From positions 427,632 through 491,631 of the forward strand of contig NMRA01000162.1 in assembly GCA_002633005.1 (NCBI GenBank): a stretch of DNA of 64,000 bases. The letters run 5' to 3'. The stretch's first letter is position 1. Each line of letters begins with the position of its first letter. Of this stretch, positions 63,494 through 64,000 are shown piece by piece. The notes below the pieces were generated by a model. That model searched no databases, was not told the DNA's origin, and saw only the letters and a program-made list of their open reading frames with translations. Origin of the DNA: Phoronis australis (taxonomy: Eukaryota > Animalia > Phoronida). The position numbers and the translations under genes were made by a program.

Positions 63494-64000
63494 TTAAGTC
63501 TTTCAACTGAGTCAGGTGAGTATAAGGCAAAGGCTAGCGCGAGACTGAGCGAAGCGCGAGATCTGGCGCGTGACCTGGCGCGTGACACTTGCAAAATAGC
63601 ATGAGAAAATATCAAATGAAATTTGTAAGATTTGTGTCTCTTGGACTTTTTGTTCGTCAACAAGCGTGATTTCACGTAACTTCCTCAAAAGGGCGCCCAG
63701 TGAGAGAAACTCGAGAGAACCGCGAGAGTTTCATGGATATGCTCAAGTTACTTGTAGACTAAATTGTGTCCAGAGTCAGGCTTTGTGTTAATTATGACTT
63801 CACGTGCACATATGCATGTTTCATTTGATTTTATTTGCTGTATTTTGAAGTGAATATCTTTTTATGGGGATACACTATCGCCCCTGTATGCCTGCGGCAT
63901 TCAGGCCTAGAGCTGGTTGAGTTCCAATTTAATTCCGTTCACAGCTTCGCACAACATAATATGTCAGCATTCCCGTGCTGCCATTATGACGTTTTGTCCA

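Larger units (their letters stand above)
44921..64000 (+). repeat. Large duplicated block, copy B (partner 1-16108); runs off the window end
   Basis: Colinear with copy A. Longer because of the 61832-63493 insertion, sequence missing at the N join at 10499 in copy A, and an overlap duplication at 55192. Confidence 0.95.

Noticed and set aside
1-64000. CRISPR arrays, retrons, tRNA/rRNA genes or prokaryotic operons
   Set aside because: No regularly spaced repeats or RNA-gene signatures seen. The RT is a eukaryotic non-LTR type and the DNA shows spliceosomal signals.

Overview
AT-rich eukaryotic DNA, most likely from a heterozygous marine invertebrate, in a gapped draft assembly. It is almost entirely transposon debris around one intact gene, an intronless membrane-anchored SGNH/PC-esterase-type ORF (34476-35528, minus strand). 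Positions 1-16108 are repeated at 44921-64000 (roughly 95% identical by eye; segmental duplication or uncollapsed haplotype). That block is built on a ~2.7 kb CAGG...CCTG (hAT-like) element containing nested insertions: a CAC...GTG element with a 5-bp TSD, a LINE 3' end, a TTAA/Kolobok-like THAP element, and an Academ transposon inside the Kolobok-like element. Empty target sites for all four are present in the window. The unique middle contains a nearly intact 5'-truncated HERO-like RT/REL retrotransposon, an L1/Tx1 fragment, two further Academ families (one a foldback of two 3' ends with a perfect TSD), and a Penelope inverted repeat with a degenerate minimal hammerhead. Top leads: (1) the 2.9 kb CAC-ended, 5-bp-TSD element with convergent spliced gene remnants, a possible relic of a Transib/RAG-like two-gene transposon; (2) the foldback Academ; (3) at least seven TA-CATG-TA-type excision footprints that distinguish the two duplicated blocks. 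All family assignments come from motifs and termini read by eye, not database searches.
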